64,000 nt of DNA, from the NCBI GenBank assembly GCA_037447605.1, contig CM074820.1, positions 1,736,001-1,800,000 of the forward strand. Reading direction: 5' to 3'. The translations under genes were made by a program, and so were the position numbers. Below the pieces are notes generated by a model that saw only the letters and a list, made by a program, of their open reading frames with translations, searched no databases and was not told where the DNA came from. This DNA is from Zygnema circumcarinatum SAG 698-1b (lineage: Eukaryota > Plantae > Zygnematophyceae). Below are positions 12,587 through 25,928 of the stretch, in pieces. How positions within the stretch are numbered: the first letter of the stretch is position 1; each line of letters opens with the position of its first letter.

Positions 12587-15281
12587 NNNNNNNNNNAGAG
12601 GGAGGGAGGGGAGGACAGCGAGAGAGCGAGAGTGGGGGGGAGAGTGAGAGAGGAGAAGTGAGAGGGGAGAAGGGGGAGGAGGGCGGGGGAGGGGAGGGAG
12701 GAACAGGGAGAGGGAGAGCGAGAGAGCGAGAGAGAGAGGGAGAGAGAGGGAGAAGAGAGACACACATGCATCAGCGATGAAAATCCGTTCTCCCATTTGA
12801 GCATAGGAGCGGCCGTCCTCTTGAACCCGCGGATCCACCGCAAGTTCCAAAAAAGTGGATCGCTCGTCTGAAAGTTGAACCCCGCGAGGGTCAATGGCAG
12901 ATACATTGAACCTGGTCCTCGTTGGATCATCGACAGAAAACGACAAAAGGCTGCTTCTTTATCCTTCCTAGGTTCCTTACTTCTATTTCCATTTAAGTTT
13001 CTAGTTCTGTTTTTTCCTTTTTAAGTAATAATTAGTCGTGTATATCTAATTATTTTCTAATGCTATTCGTTTTTAGAAATGTTAACACTTTATCTTACAT
13101 TTTATTGGTTGAGAGGGAGTCCCCACCTCCTCTCCCACTGGTCGGAATTCGAGAGAGAGCTTTGGTCTGTAAATCCAGAATGAATACTTCGCCAAATCTG
13201 CACATTAAAAAAAAAAAAACCTAAAAACCACGAAATCCTGATCCCTTAAAACCCTAAAACCCCAACCCTAGTACTAAGATTAATATTAGAAATAACAACA
13301 ATAAATGCACTTACCCAAGACTCCCAATGACTAAATTTCCTTCCCGAGTGAATGCCACGTGGCAGGGAAATACAAGATCGTTGTCGCCGAGTTGATCTCC
13401 GGCAGGTGGATCCGGATCCACTTCCGGGTCCATCCACGGTTTGGGAGGAGAGGAGAGGCCGAGGGAGTGAGAGAGACGCCGCCAAAAAGGGACGCGTGAC
13501 GTCACGGAGGGAGGTTCTATGGAGGGGTAAACTGTGGACACCGTTCGACTGGACAGGTCGGCGCAACGGATTGCGTGATTCTGCACATGGAGAGGGAGAG
13601 GGGGGNNNNNNNNNNTGGGAGTGGGGGAGGGTGGCGAGGGAGGGTAGAGGAGAGATGGGGAGGTGGGAGGGATAGAGTGGGATGGAAGGAAAGTGGGGGA
13701 GAGGGCGAGGTAGGGAGGGAGGGACGGGGGGAGGGAGGGAACGAGAGAGGGGGGCGGGGAGGGAGGGAGGGGGCGGAGGGAGAGAGGGAGGAAGGGAGGG
13801 AGGGAGGGCGAGAGAGGGAAAGTGAGTGAGAGAGGGGGAGGACTTGGCAGCGTGGCACCTCACAGTCCGCAATGAAGAGCGAATCAGAAGCCGCCAGGTG
13901 GCACGTTCCCATTGGCCGATGTAGTCGGGCGCGCTCGTTCACACCGTCTGAACAACCCCGAATTGATCCGATCTGGAAGAGAGGGGGAAATTGAATTTAA
14001 TAGAAATTACACATTAAAACTCAGTCAAATTAAATACAAAAATAGGAAACAAAAAGGACTGCTGGCGGAGACTTGAGCTTGACTTGCAAAGGAGAAGGGT
14101 GTGAAGGTAGGGAAGGGTGGGGCAGGGAGGGCGGGAGGGAGGGAGGGAGAGGGAGAGGGGGAGGACGAGGAGAGAGGGGCGGAGGGAGAGGGGTAGAGGA
14201 AAGGAGAAAAGGTAAAGGGAGAGGTGGGAGAAAGGGAGGGGGAGGTGGAGGGAGAGGGCGAGGAAGAGGCGGAGGGAGAGGGGTAGGGGGAGAGGGAGGG
14301 AGAGGAGGAAGAGGGAGAAGAGAGAGAAGGGGAGAGAAGGGGGGGAGAGGGAGAGGGAAAGGAGGGGGAAGGGGAGGGAGAGGGGAAGGGAGAGGAGGTT
14401 GAGGTAAAGGGAGATGTGGAGGGAGAGGGGGAGGGCGAGGTAGAGGGAAAGGGGGAAGGAGAGGGCGAGGGAGAGGGAGGGGTAGCGAGAAACAGAGAAA
14501 GAGAGAGAGTGGGAGGAAGAGAGAGAGGGCTCACATAGTCCAGCACTTGTCCGGTGACATCTGTCACGATGATGCGATTGTGGGCAGAGTCGGAAATAAA
14601 AAGCAGGTCTCCTTTCGCATTCGAACTCACAAATTCTGAAAGAAAAAATTGAAATCTGTTCATAACTTAATAATGTAATTATATCCCAACATTAATCAAA
14701 GGATGATAGAAAGAAGGGGAGAGAGAGCGAGAAAGAATTTGAGAATCGGGAAATAACGAAAAGAAAAGAGAAACTCATACCCGGAAATGAGAATAGCGTA
14801 TTTAGCCATTCGAAATTTTCATTTTGTGAATTAAATCTTCCAGACTTCTTTATTTCTGCTTCCGAGAAGCTTCCAGGAAGTTGCGAGAAGTTTCCGGAAG
14901 TTTCTAGACGGTTCTCTTCAACGGAAAACAGTTCCCTTCCGTTAACAGGATTCAATTGCTCCAAAATCTCTGAGAGTAAATAGAAATACAAAGAAATATC
15001 ACAATAAAGAACATGAAACATGAAAAAAAACAAAACGAGTTGGGTAGACAAGGGATAGAAAAATACAAAAAGGAATCCCCAGATACCATGTTCAAAACGT
15101 TTTCCTTATCTGCCCGAAAAGCATCAGAATTTTTTTCCCGTACCTTCAGCCCATAAATGCAATTTTTCCGGTTTCAAAATTTTGATTAACTTTCCCAGCG
15201 AGTCGAATAGTAGCGCTTTTGTTTGGCTCGAGCGAATATCCCCTCCCTGTTCTCCCTTGCATCCACTGTTAATCTCTCCCA

Positions 15282-15325
<44 letters not shown>

Positions 15326-15860
15326 CCCCCCTTCTCCCTTCTTCTCCCTCTCCATCTCTCTCTCCCTCCTACCTCCCCCATTCGCCTTCCTCCCCCCTCT
15401 CTCTCTTTCTTTTGCTCCTCCCGTCTCCCTCCACCTCCCTCTCCCGCTCCCTCTCTCCCCCCTTCCCCCTCCCCCCCTCTCTCTCGTCTCCGTCATCGGT
15501 CTCTCTCTCTCCCTCTCACTCTATTGCACAACCTCTCTCTCTCTCTCTCTCTCACTCTCTCTCTCTCTCTCCCCCTCCTTGCCTCCCACCCCTTGTTCCG
15601 AACTCCACATGCACAAATTTCACCTTCTCTCTCGCCTTATTTCTTTTCTCATGTTTTAATCCCTTCCATGTTTCGGGCAGCCCGATACAAAAGACAAAAG
15701 CTTAGTGGGACCCACCTTGAGAGAAAAGGAGGAGTGCGCGAGAACTGGGAAAGTGATGTTGTGGCGGCGCATCATGTGATGTAGGGACGGCGCTACATCA
15801 CTCATGCTCAGGGCCGGAACTCTCTCCACAGAAACCACTAGGAGCTGCGGCATCCTGCAC

Positions 15861-15910
<50 letters not shown>

Positions 15911-16517
15911 TAAGAGAGAGAGAGAGAGAGATGATGTGATGTCGCCGACATCCGCGACATCACACAGGCTTTTCCTCTCCATTCATTCATCCCATATCGT
16001 GATAGAATTTTTTCTGAGAAGGAAAAAGAAGGAAAAGGAAAGGGGTTTTTGGGGGGGGGGGGGTATATATATGGAGTTTCACCTCACTTGAATCGCTTTA
16101 AGTCGGAACATAAGAAGAGGACCAATCACGTCGTCCTTTAAAGCGTGCGAAAGCGCACCGACAGCCACGAGAGTGCCACGTGGCACTTCAGGATTGGCTT
16201 CCCTTTGAGAAAATGCGGGTTTGTTTAGCCACACATGGGTCAACCCTGCAATGGGAACGGAAGGGAGAGTTGAGGGAGAGCGGGGGGGAGGAAGGAGGGA
16301 GAGGGCGGGAGAGAGAGGGACGGAAGGGAGAGAATACAAGGCCCAATAGTAGGGAAGGAGAGATAAAGAGGAGAAGGGGGGAGAGAGCGTTGTAGAAAAA
16401 GGGGGCGAGAGAAAGAGAAAGAGAGAGAGCGAGAGAGAGAAGGGAAAAAGCGAGAGAGGGAGAGAGAGAGGCAAGGCAAGAGAGGGTTGGAGGAAGGAAA
16501 ACAATCAGCAAGGAAGG

Positions 16518-16558
<41 letters not shown>

Positions 16559-17390
16559 AGAGAGCGAGAGTTAGAGAGAGGGAGGTTCATACCATCCGAA
16601 TAGTCCCTTGAGCCTTTGACAAAATCTGTGATGACAGATGGCAGATCCTCATTGGTCCACGTGTCCTCCACTTCACCCTGCCCCCTGGCTCACAAACACT
16701 ACCATCACTATTGAACAGACCCAAGCATAGAAATGGACAATTTTTTTACACCAATTAAAAAGTGAAATATTGCCAGGTGTAATACCACAGAAACCTAATT
16801 TGCTAGAAACCCTAAAATCCAAGAAATGGAAGCTCTAAAAAACCTGGTTTTCTTGGGTTTGCAACTTAAGGGAATAATCATTGGGAAAAATATAAGTTAG
16901 CCTACAAAATATATATATATGTGAAACCCTAACCCTAAAGAGCTTAAGAGCCCAGAAATAAAATTATTTCAACGGACCAAATTTTTCTTGACGAGAAAGA
17001 CTGCTCTACAGCTTCTATTTTTGGTTTTTGTTTTTTTTCGGCTCGCAGGTATAGTAAGGAAAAGTACCCCAAATGGAGGCCACTCGAAAAGGAGAAATTC
17101 CGCCGAAAAAAATCATTTGAAAAATGGCCTTGCGATGCAAATGAAGTAGGGTTTGGAGAAAAAATAGGGTTTTGGCAAAAATTAGGGTTTTGAATTTTTT
17201 TTTTATGGCTTGTAAGGGCTTTAGGGTTAAAGCTTTGGGCCTGTGGACAAAATTTATGGTTTGGAGCTCTATGTGGGAGAAGCAGAGGTTTCAGTTTCAG
17301 TTTCAGTCTATTTGCGAAAACTGAAGATGTCAGAGGCAGGTTTTGGAGAGCAAACCCTAATTTTTGGAGAAGTTTCCAGGAAGGTTCCAT
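10772..17390 (-). CDS. NHL-repeat (beta-propeller) protein with N-terminal transit-peptide-like exon, Arabidopsis At3g07060-type, about 14 exons
   Basis: Exons give THVWLNK, NITFPVL, LFSFPG, DLLFISDSAHNRIIV, LHRPMG..LFIADCENHAIRCADL..TVYP, FPCHV, VELPEGVQLATPVEEGATWQHTRG, AILDAAIYL and LHVRI, collinear with the plant family as I recall it. One junction near the 12587 gap is unresolved. Confidence 0.85.
11077..11245. repeat. Intronic minisatellite, about 11 bp unit GACCCCATTTA
   Basis: CCCCATTTAGA/GGGCCCCATTAGA reiterated in the last NHL intron. Confidence 0.8.
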
Positions 17391-18078
17391 TTGCAGTGAA
17401 AGTGCACTTACTTACAGTAAGGTTTTAGGGTTTTACAAAAAAAAAAAAATCATAGTCTTTGTAGGGTTTAAGAACCTAGGATTCAGGGTTTGGTTTTTAG
17501 GGTTCAGCGCGACAAGCTTCAAAAAGGGAAGCTTCGATGAGGCGGCCGCCCCAACGGCTACTTTTTGGCACCGGTTGGAGCCCCGTTCCATGTTACGAAT
17601 CTATGCGTCCAGTTCGAGTTACCGTCCCGTCAGAAAAATCTCCAGACCCGCAACGGTTGAAAGTTCAGAATCGTTTGTCGTTTTGGAGGTAATCGGACGG
17701 CTCAGATGCTTCCCATTGAAGATGTGTAGATTGAACGGTTGAGAGACACAGAAGGCTTCATCGGACGGCGTTCACACATCCACCGAGAAGCCATCATCTG
17801 ATGGCTTGGATAGATGCACAATGTATTTTGTTAAACAACCTCATTCGCCTAACAAAGTTACAACCTACTTTCAATGTCAAAATGCGAGCTAAATTAGCCA
17901 ATAAACCGCGATTATTTTTTCTTTAAAAGAAAAGCGATTTCTGCAAATGGTGTTTTATTTGCAATTAGACAATGCTATCGTTAAAAGCTTTCTAACTCGT
18001 GGTCAAGAGGCCGTGCACGCTTTCGAGCTTAATTTTCATCGCCACTTACACCGTCAAAAATTTTCTTCGACCATCACC

Positions 18079-18530
18079 GATGGCTCACATGCATCCCTCG
18101 GAACATGGAATCCATCTGACGGCTCACATGCATCCCTCGGAACATGGCATCCATCTGACGGCTCACATGCATCCCTCGAACATGGCATCCATCCGACGGC
18201 TCACATGCATCCCTCGAATATGGCATCCATCCGACGGCTCACATGCATCCCTCGAATATGGCATCCATCCGACGGCTCACATGCATCCCTCGAATATGGC
18301 ATCCATCCGACGGCTCACATGCATCCCTCGAATATGGCATCCATCCGACGGCTCACATGCATCCCTCGAATATGGCATCCATCCGACGGCTCACATGCAT
18401 CCCTCGAATATGGCATCCATCCGACGGCTCACATGCATCCCTCCGAACATGGCATCCATCCGACGGCTCACATGCATCCTTCGGGACCCTGCATCCATCC
18501 GACGGCGGAGATGCACCCATCCATCATCGC
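18079..18530. repeat. 38 bp minisatellite, about 11.5 copies
   Basis: Unit GACGGCTCACATGCATCCCTCGAATATGGCATCCATCC. Unit starts 18079, 18118, 18157, 18195, 18233, 18271, 18309, 18347, 18385, 18423, 18462, 18501. Identical core, degenerate 39 bp terminal units, no spacers. Confidence 0.95.
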
Positions 18531-19057
18531 ACGTGCGGGATCCACACCCCCCATTCGCTCAGTTGCGGTTCCTGTGGAACTGGAGTTGAACTGAGCGTTG
18601 AACTGCAGTTACAGATGTAGCCGCAGTTACTTGTCGGCTGCTACAGCATAGAAAGGAAGCTAGTTGAGTAGGGAGGCTTCCAGGAAGGTGGCGAACCCAG
18701 GAAGCTTCTCCGTACTTTCCTTGCTCCTGGCCACTTCTAAGGGCGCACAGAAGATTATCACTCGCCTTTACTTATTCCTGCTAACCCTAATTTTCACCTG
18801 AATTCGAACTTGCTCCTTTTTTTTTAGAAAATAAAAATTCTTAAATTTCTCTTAGTTCTAATTCTCTGGCTTCCATGCTACGAACCCTAAAAACTTATCA
18901 TTTGCGAATTTTAATATCGTAAATACCCAATTTCCTCAAACCCCAAAAACAAAAAACCTGCAAACCATGCAATCCTGAACCCTCTTCCTTGATTTGTTTA
19001 CAACTGGCAACTCTCATTTCCCTGAACCCTTGCATATTCTAACCCTTCAATTCTGCC

Positions 19058-21990
19058 ATGGAAGCAACCGCCTCTCTCTCTCTCTATCCCTCTCTCTCTC
19101 CCTCTCTCTCTTCTCTCTCCCCTCTCTCTCTTCACTCCCACCGAACCTCCTCTCCCTCCTCTCTCTCCATGGCCACATCAGCAATTTACCCTCGTTCAAA
19201 CTACCCAAACATAGTAAAATTATCTTCGAGATCAGGGTTTCCCAGACAAATACCAAAATGCAGTCACATTATTCAAAATTCTTTCACATTTCCGGCACAA
19301 ACTAGCTCATTGAGACGGTCAAAAAAAATCAATTTCGAAGCGAAAATCAGTTCGCAAGCGAAGGGGTACAATTGGGGTCTAAGGAGCAATCCAGAATTGG
19401 GGAAGAACTTGGATTTATTGCGGTTAAAGTCTCCGCCGGAGAGAACCCAAAAATGTTTTCCAAGGGCAAATAAAATTTCGGTTTCGAATTTACTGGGGGG
19501 AAGGGGGGGAGCGGCCATTTCTGGAATTATTTTGAATGGGCCGATGTGGACAAACACCCTACTGTTAGTGAACGTTTGGTGAGTTACCCTTCTCTCCCTC
19601 TCTCTCACTCTCTCACTCTCTCTCTTTCTCTCTCTCTCTTCCCCCTCTCTCGTCTCTCCCTTACTCCTATCTCCCTCTTGTTCCTTTCCCTCACTCTCCT
19701 CTTTCCTCTCTCGTCTCTTTCTGTCACTCTCTCCCTCATCTCCCCCAACTTTTCTCTCCCTTCTCTCTTGCATCGCTCAGCCTTTCTCTCTTCCCCTTCC
19801 TCTATTGCAAAGTCCTTCACTTTCATCCCACATATCTCTCTCTCCCTCTCTCTCCCCCTACACATGCCTCTCTCTCTCATTCCCTCTCCCATCGTCGATA
19901 TTCCTCTTGTCCTCTTCAGGCTGTTCACACCCTAAATTTACCTTCTACCTTTCATTTTTCCAAACCTAATTTTTTCTTCCCTTCTCATGTTCATCCCCTG
20001 CAGCGTGTTTGTGGCACAGATAGCGACAAAAGGAGAAGTGATGCAATGGGGTGCCAAGGTACTCACTTACTACCTACTCCCTCCCCTGCCTCCCTCCCTC
20101 TCCCTTCCTCCCGCCCTCCTACCCCTCCCTCCCACTCCCTCCCCCTCCCTCTCCCTCTCCGTCTCCCTCCCTCGTTGTTGATTACCTTGATTACTTACTA
20201 CATACTGCTACTCCCTTTTTTATTTCGTTGTACTTCATTCTCTATTTTTCCTTCCCTTTCTCATCAATTATCCTGTCTGTATCATCGCTCAAACTGAGCA
20301 CAGTTTTAGGGTTACATGGAGCCGCGCAGGTCAATTGGCTGATCGCCCGCGGGCAGTGGTGGCGCCTCCTCACTTGTGCGCTGCTGCATGCGGACGTGCT
20401 GCACCTCATGGTGGGAGGGGGAGGGAGAGGGGGAGGGAGGGGGAGGGNNNNNNNNNNAAGAAGTTAATCACTTTCAACCCCCCCCCCCCCCTTCCCCTTG
20501 TTCCTTCAAAAAGTGCGAGTTTTGGAAAAACCCAAAATTCGCTAACCCCTGAAAGGAAGTCTATTTGTTCTAATCGATTACTCTTTTTAACCACTTTTTT
20601 GTAATCGGCGGGAGGGGGTTTATAGGTAAATTCTTTCTCTCTGCGGAACATTGGGTCAGCCCTTGAACCCTTGGTCGGTGGTCCTCGATTTCTCGCCATC
20701 TATTGGCTCGCAGCCCTCGCAGGTACGGACAGTGGGTAGTTGATTACCTCGAATAATAATTGACTCAAATTTGGTCAATGTTAGTTAACCAGTTAGTTAG
20801 TTAATTCATATTCTTTTCAAGTAAAATGTTTAAATACTTGTTACAGTTGGTTGAGAATGGTCGTTTTCTCGCCAATCGCCTGCTTCCTTTTTCTTTTCCT
20901 CTTCGAATTCTTTGCTGTTTTTATTTAAACTACGAGGTATAGTTTGCCGAGAGTTTTCATTGGTTTTGAAAAACACTCTCGTTGATTGCTTTTCCATTCG
21001 CTCGGATTAGCTGTTTTTTTCTTTTTTTGGTGAAACGGGTACAATTGGGGTATAACCAAACAGGCGCCTATGCGAGCTATCGCATGTCAGTTTATCCTTC
21101 CGTCGGAGCATCCGGAGCCATCATGGGCCTTGTAAGTCGTTGACTTTGGCGACTCTGTTGACTATGTGGACACTATTGACCACGTTTAATTGCTCCTTAT
21201 AAACCCTTCACTTCCTTGACTTTCTTGACTTAAGAACAGCTCATTCATACTTTTTTTTTGAGAACGTTTTTTAATTTTATTAGGTCGGCGCGCAATGTGT
21301 ATTTTTATTCCGGCATCGTTCGCTGCTTCCAATTTCGGGTCAAAGTGTTTTCCGAGCGCTCCTTCAAACCATTGTCAGCAACTTGGTGAGCGACACGTGG
21401 CAACGGTTCCATGCGGTTTCTATGTGCTTTGGTTCAGTTGGGGCTCCGTAATTAGGTCACGTCTTTGCCCTAGGAAGAAGTAACGTTGCCCTATAAGTGC
21501 TGGGTAATGTTTTGGAGAATTGGGGCTCATTGGAAGTTGAGTTTGTTTGACTTTTTTTTGGGTTCGTTTACAGGCGATCGGTTGGTTTGCTCGAAATGTC
21601 GACAATTGGGGCCATGTGAGTGTCGTGAAAACTCAGTTGAACTGAGCGTGAGATGTAACGGTTAACTGTTTTTATGTTGTAATGTTGTTGGATTGAAGTG
21701 GTGTGGCGAGGGGTGGGGAGAGAGAGAGAGAGAGAGGGAAAGGGAGAGAGAAAGGGAGAGAGGGAGAGAGCGAGAGAGGGAGGAAGGGAGAGGGAGAGAG
21801 GGAGAGAGGGAGCAGAGGGAGCGGGACTGACTGTGGTAGAATCATGGTGCTACATGTGCAGTTTGGAGGTCTGTTGGGCGGCGTAGCAGCTGCATGGATC
21901 CTCGGTCCCGTTTTACGGCCCGTTAACGCGTCACGAGTCGTCATGGAACTCTCCCTCCTGCAGCGCCTCGGACTCTCCCAATGGCGCTGA
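19058..21990 (+). CDS. RBL10: Plastid rhomboid-like intramembrane serine protease, 8 exons
   Basis: Exons 19058-19578, 20004-20058, 20330-20410, 20626-20722, 21064-21131, 21284-21385, 21574-21615, 21862-21990. Ser-rich transit peptide, WTNTLLLVN, WGAKVNWLIARGQWWRL, catalytic SVGASGAI and DNWGH..GGLLGG. Confidence 0.9.
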
Positions 21991-22289
21991 ACTGAACAGA
22001 ACTGGCAACGGGCACATGGAAACCCTCACCTTTCCAAGGAAACCGGAACGGAGAGTCGAACACACAAACGCTCGTTTTCTGCCAGTGGGATCTGCGTACG
22101 ATTCTTTTTGTGAATTTCTTCCTAGGAAATTGTTTTGGTTAATGAATTTTTTTACCAAACGTTGGCAGATTTGGGTATCGCATTTCTATTTCTCTAAAAC
22201 CCCCAAAACCCTAACCCTAATTTGACCTCATCGNNNNNNNNNNCCCCCCCCCCCCCCCCCCCCCCAAAAATTATTTTTTCCGCTGCCCG

Positions 22290-24747
22290 TCAATCGCAGC
22301 CTTCACCCTCTTCCCTGTCCAGCTCGCCCTCGCTCTCTTCGACTCCTTCCGTTTCCATGTGGCTCCGTTCCGTGGCCTTCCGTTGGTCGCCTGTTTTCCG
22401 TAAAACGGAGACATAGATCGGCCCCCATCCGTCCGCCGCGTCTGGAAGCACAATCCATCCGTACTTTGTCGCTTCCCCAATTCTAAAATCTCGTCGAAGA
22501 ATTTCCATTGGAAATTTCGATTTCGACATCACCTAAGCAGGGAAAAAAAACGGGAAAAAAAAAAATGGAGAAAGGAGAACTGCATATTAATGCTGAAGAT
22601 ATTTTTTTGAACTTTATTTTAAAAAGAAAAAAAAGAAGAAAACGAAGAAAAGGAAGAAAAAGATGAAAGTTTAAGGAGAGACTACCTTTTCAATGACTTT
22701 GTCGTTTTCGAAGATGCTGATGGAACACGTGGAGTAGACGACGGTCCCGCCGACTCGAACTGCTGACATGGCAGCATGCAGGAGCGCCACCTGGCGGCGG
22801 GCACAGTTTCGCGACCTCTTATTGGTCCACGTCAGCAACTCCTTAGGGTCGTGCAACAAGTGGCGCTCTGAGGAACAAGGGGCGTCGACTAAAACCTAAA
22901 TACAGAAAAAGACAAAAAAGGGGGTCAGTGAGGGGAGGGAGAGGGTGGAGAAGTGGAGTGAGAGGAGAGGAGAAGGAGAGATGAGGGAGAGGGAGAGGCT
23001 TGGGGGAGGAGACGGAGAGAGAGGGAGAGGGAAAGGAGAGGGAGAGGGAGAGGGAGAGGGAGAGGGAGAGGGAGAGNNNNNNNNNNGGAGAGGGAGAGGG
23101 AGAGGGAGAGGGAGAAGGAGGGAGGAGGGAGGAGGAGGGGAATCGTATCTAGGGGAGGGAAGGGGATTGGGAGAGGAGGGAGAGGACGAGGGAGAGGCTG
23201 GGGGGGGAGGGAAACGGAGGGGAGGGAGAGGGAGTGGGAGAGGGTGGGGGAGAGAGAGAGGAGAGTAGACAAAAGCAAAAGGAATGACAATGTGATGCAT
23301 AATAGGAATGAGGAAGGAGGAGGGAGGGAGAGATGCGATTCTATGCTCGCCTTATCGTACGTGTTCCGTTCCCCTCAACGGATTCCGTCACGGCCCGTTA
23401 TGTGAATGTTGCTCTGCATCACTTTCGGCACATACGCGTCCACCACCTGCATCACATTCAGGGCCGGGGAAAAAAAAAAAGAAAAAAAAAAACGTCTATT
23501 CAAATCGACTAAAAATCAAATAGGAAAATCGATCACCTGGTAAATGCTGCTCAAAATTTGAGAAGGATTGCAGGAGAAGGATTTGATTGTTTGTTTCTCC
23601 TCGCTGAAACACGTACCCATGAGGTTTCCGAATTGCGCAAATCCCTCCAAAAACCTAAAAAGCTAAGATTGAGAAAATAAATAAGAATAAAAAACTTCAA
23701 CACAAAAAAAAAACAAAACGAAAAATTGGGTCGCAAAAGGCATTAAAAAAACGAAAAATGGCCTACTTGACGCAACCTCCTCCGCCTCGCTGGCGACATC
23801 TCATTGGCCGTCAGCCGCCCGTTCTCCGACAGAATCTGGAGGACCACTAAGGACTTGCCACCTGGAGCCGCACAAAGGTCCAAAACTTTGTCGTTTTCCT
23901 CCACTCCAAGCGCCTCCGCCGCCAGTACGGACGCCGCATCCAAACTGTAGTACATGGAAACTCCGTTTTTGTCGCGAGGCGGACGAGGCCAGGAGGGGGC
24001 CCTCGGGGTTTCAGGGTTTACAGATTCAGAGATTTCCAGAGGTTTAAGATTTTTTAAATTTTGAGCATTTTTTAATGTTTGGGCGCTTTTGGGGGTTTGG
24101 GAATTTTGGGACTTTTCTACGATTACGGAGTTTCCCAAATCCGGGATTTGGGGATTTTCCGAATTTTCCGCCCCCTGCTTTCGTGGCGAACACACGCAAT
24201 TGGTCGCAAGGAAGTCAACGGCTGCCACGTCACCTGCCACGTGGCGTAAATACAGCTCCATGCTGCCACGTGTCGCGAACCGGTTGGCCATGCAGCAGTG
24301 ACGTACAGGGCGGCGAAGGGCGGGCAGCAGCGTCTGCCACCTGGCAGCGCCCCATTGGTCGGCGTAGAACCGCTCGAACTGAGCGGTGACGAGGGAGAGA
24401 GGGTCCTCCATTTTATTTTCTTTTCTGGACCTGCCCAAGCGGGCAGCCTCAGGATTTTCCCTGCCCGAGGAAGCGGAATTCTCCTTTTTCCTGCTTTTTC
24501 CGGTTTTGGGGTTTTTGGGGAGGGAGGGAGAGGGCATGGAGGGAGAGGGAGAGGGATAGGGAGAGGGAGAGGGGGAGGGGGTGGGAGTAGGAAGAGGGAG
24601 AGTCTTCTGAAGCTCCCACGTGGAAGTGCGAGGAGAGGACACGTGGCAGGAAGCCGGGGCAGCCATGGCGGGACGGCGGTGGAGGGAGGGAGACGGAGGG
24701 AGAGAAGGGAGGGATATTTTACGGACTTCGCGGAGGATGAGGGCCAT
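22290..24747 (-). CDS. NOL1/NOP2/Sun RNA m5C methyltransferase (NSUN3/NSUN4-like) with an in-frame TGA in exon 2
   Basis: Exons 24747-23767 (YSLDAASVL..VLDLCAAPGGKS..ANE), a short exon near 23447-23351 ending YDK at a GC donor, 22895 onward (VLVDAPCSSER..VVYSTCSI..END) and 22532-22290 (GWGPIYV). TGA at 23377-23375. Confidence 0.85.
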
Positions 24748-24748
24748 G

Positions 24749-24798
<50 letters not shown>

Positions 24799-25928
24799 CG
24801 TGAGAGAGTGAGAGAGGGAGGGAGAGGGAGGGAGAGGGAGGGAGGGAGGCGAAGCTCCTCGAATGTCGGTTCGCACATGCGGAGTCAACGGGCCTTTCGA
24901 GGTCTTCCCAACGGATTGGCCCACGTGGCCAAAAGGTACACGTGGCGCGACCCCATTGGAGTGTGCGCAACTCTAATAAAAAAGCACAGTGGCCGCATGT
25001 CACGTCACGCCACACGGTAGGGCGACATGTATTCATATGAGCCAGTTCAGTAAATGTCAAAAAGTCATTCAAAAATTACGGATGTTTGAAATCTCTCTTA
25101 ACAGTGACACGGAACCTTCAACGTTCAAATCCAGATGTCCGTACACGTGTCAGAATCCCATCCGTACTTCCCGACAAGATGACGTCACCTCGACCCTCAC
25201 GAGGGCTTACGTGGCGCCCGAGTCGAATCTTCCTCGTGGTTTCCGACACTCGCTGGCAGTCCTGGAACTGTACGGACACAGGGAAGCCACCGCGGCGCGC
25301 CGCGGCGTACGGCGAAAAGCTTCGAACCATGGCCCTGAGGCGGGTTCAATAGGAGAGGCCAAAAAGCGCCGTACGACGCCGCGCGGCGCTGGTCCCGCCC
25401 GCGATCTGCGGCCCGGGAGGGAGCGAAGAAGCGCAGCCGATATTGAATGGCGGTGAAAGGACAGGTTAGGGGACGTCATAATCAGTACAGAGGACGGGAA
25501 ATGACGGTGACCTCGACGGATACAGTGACATCGGTTGACGTAGGGGACGTTTTCGGTCGTGGACCGAAGGGGACTTTGACGGAAAGCGTTGGTGCGGTTG
25601 TAGAATCGGTTAGAGCTGTTGGGACAATGACGTCATTTGGAGTTTCAAATCTGACAGGGTTTCGATTGATGGGTTTTTGGGGAAAAACTAGCGCGGTTAG
25701 GGAAGGGGGGCGCTTTGCTCGACTCGATATCTCTCTCTCTCTCTCTCTCCCTCCCTTTGCTCCCCTCTCTCCTCTCCGTCTGCCCCTCTCCCTCCCACTC
25801 CCCCTCTCGGTCTCTCTCCCGATTCCCCCCTCCCTCCCCCCTCTCTCTCTCTCTCTGTCTCTCTCTCCCTCCTCCCTCTTACTCCTCTCCTCTTTCCTTC
25901 GTAATGCGAAATTTGGGTCTCTAAGCGA

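Noticed and set aside
18079-18530. CRISPR-like array; ORFs 17947-18594, 17999-18589 and 18243-18620
   Set aside because: Units are contiguous with no unique spacers, the context is eukaryotic and there are no cas genes. The ORFs are by-products of a stop-free repeat unit.
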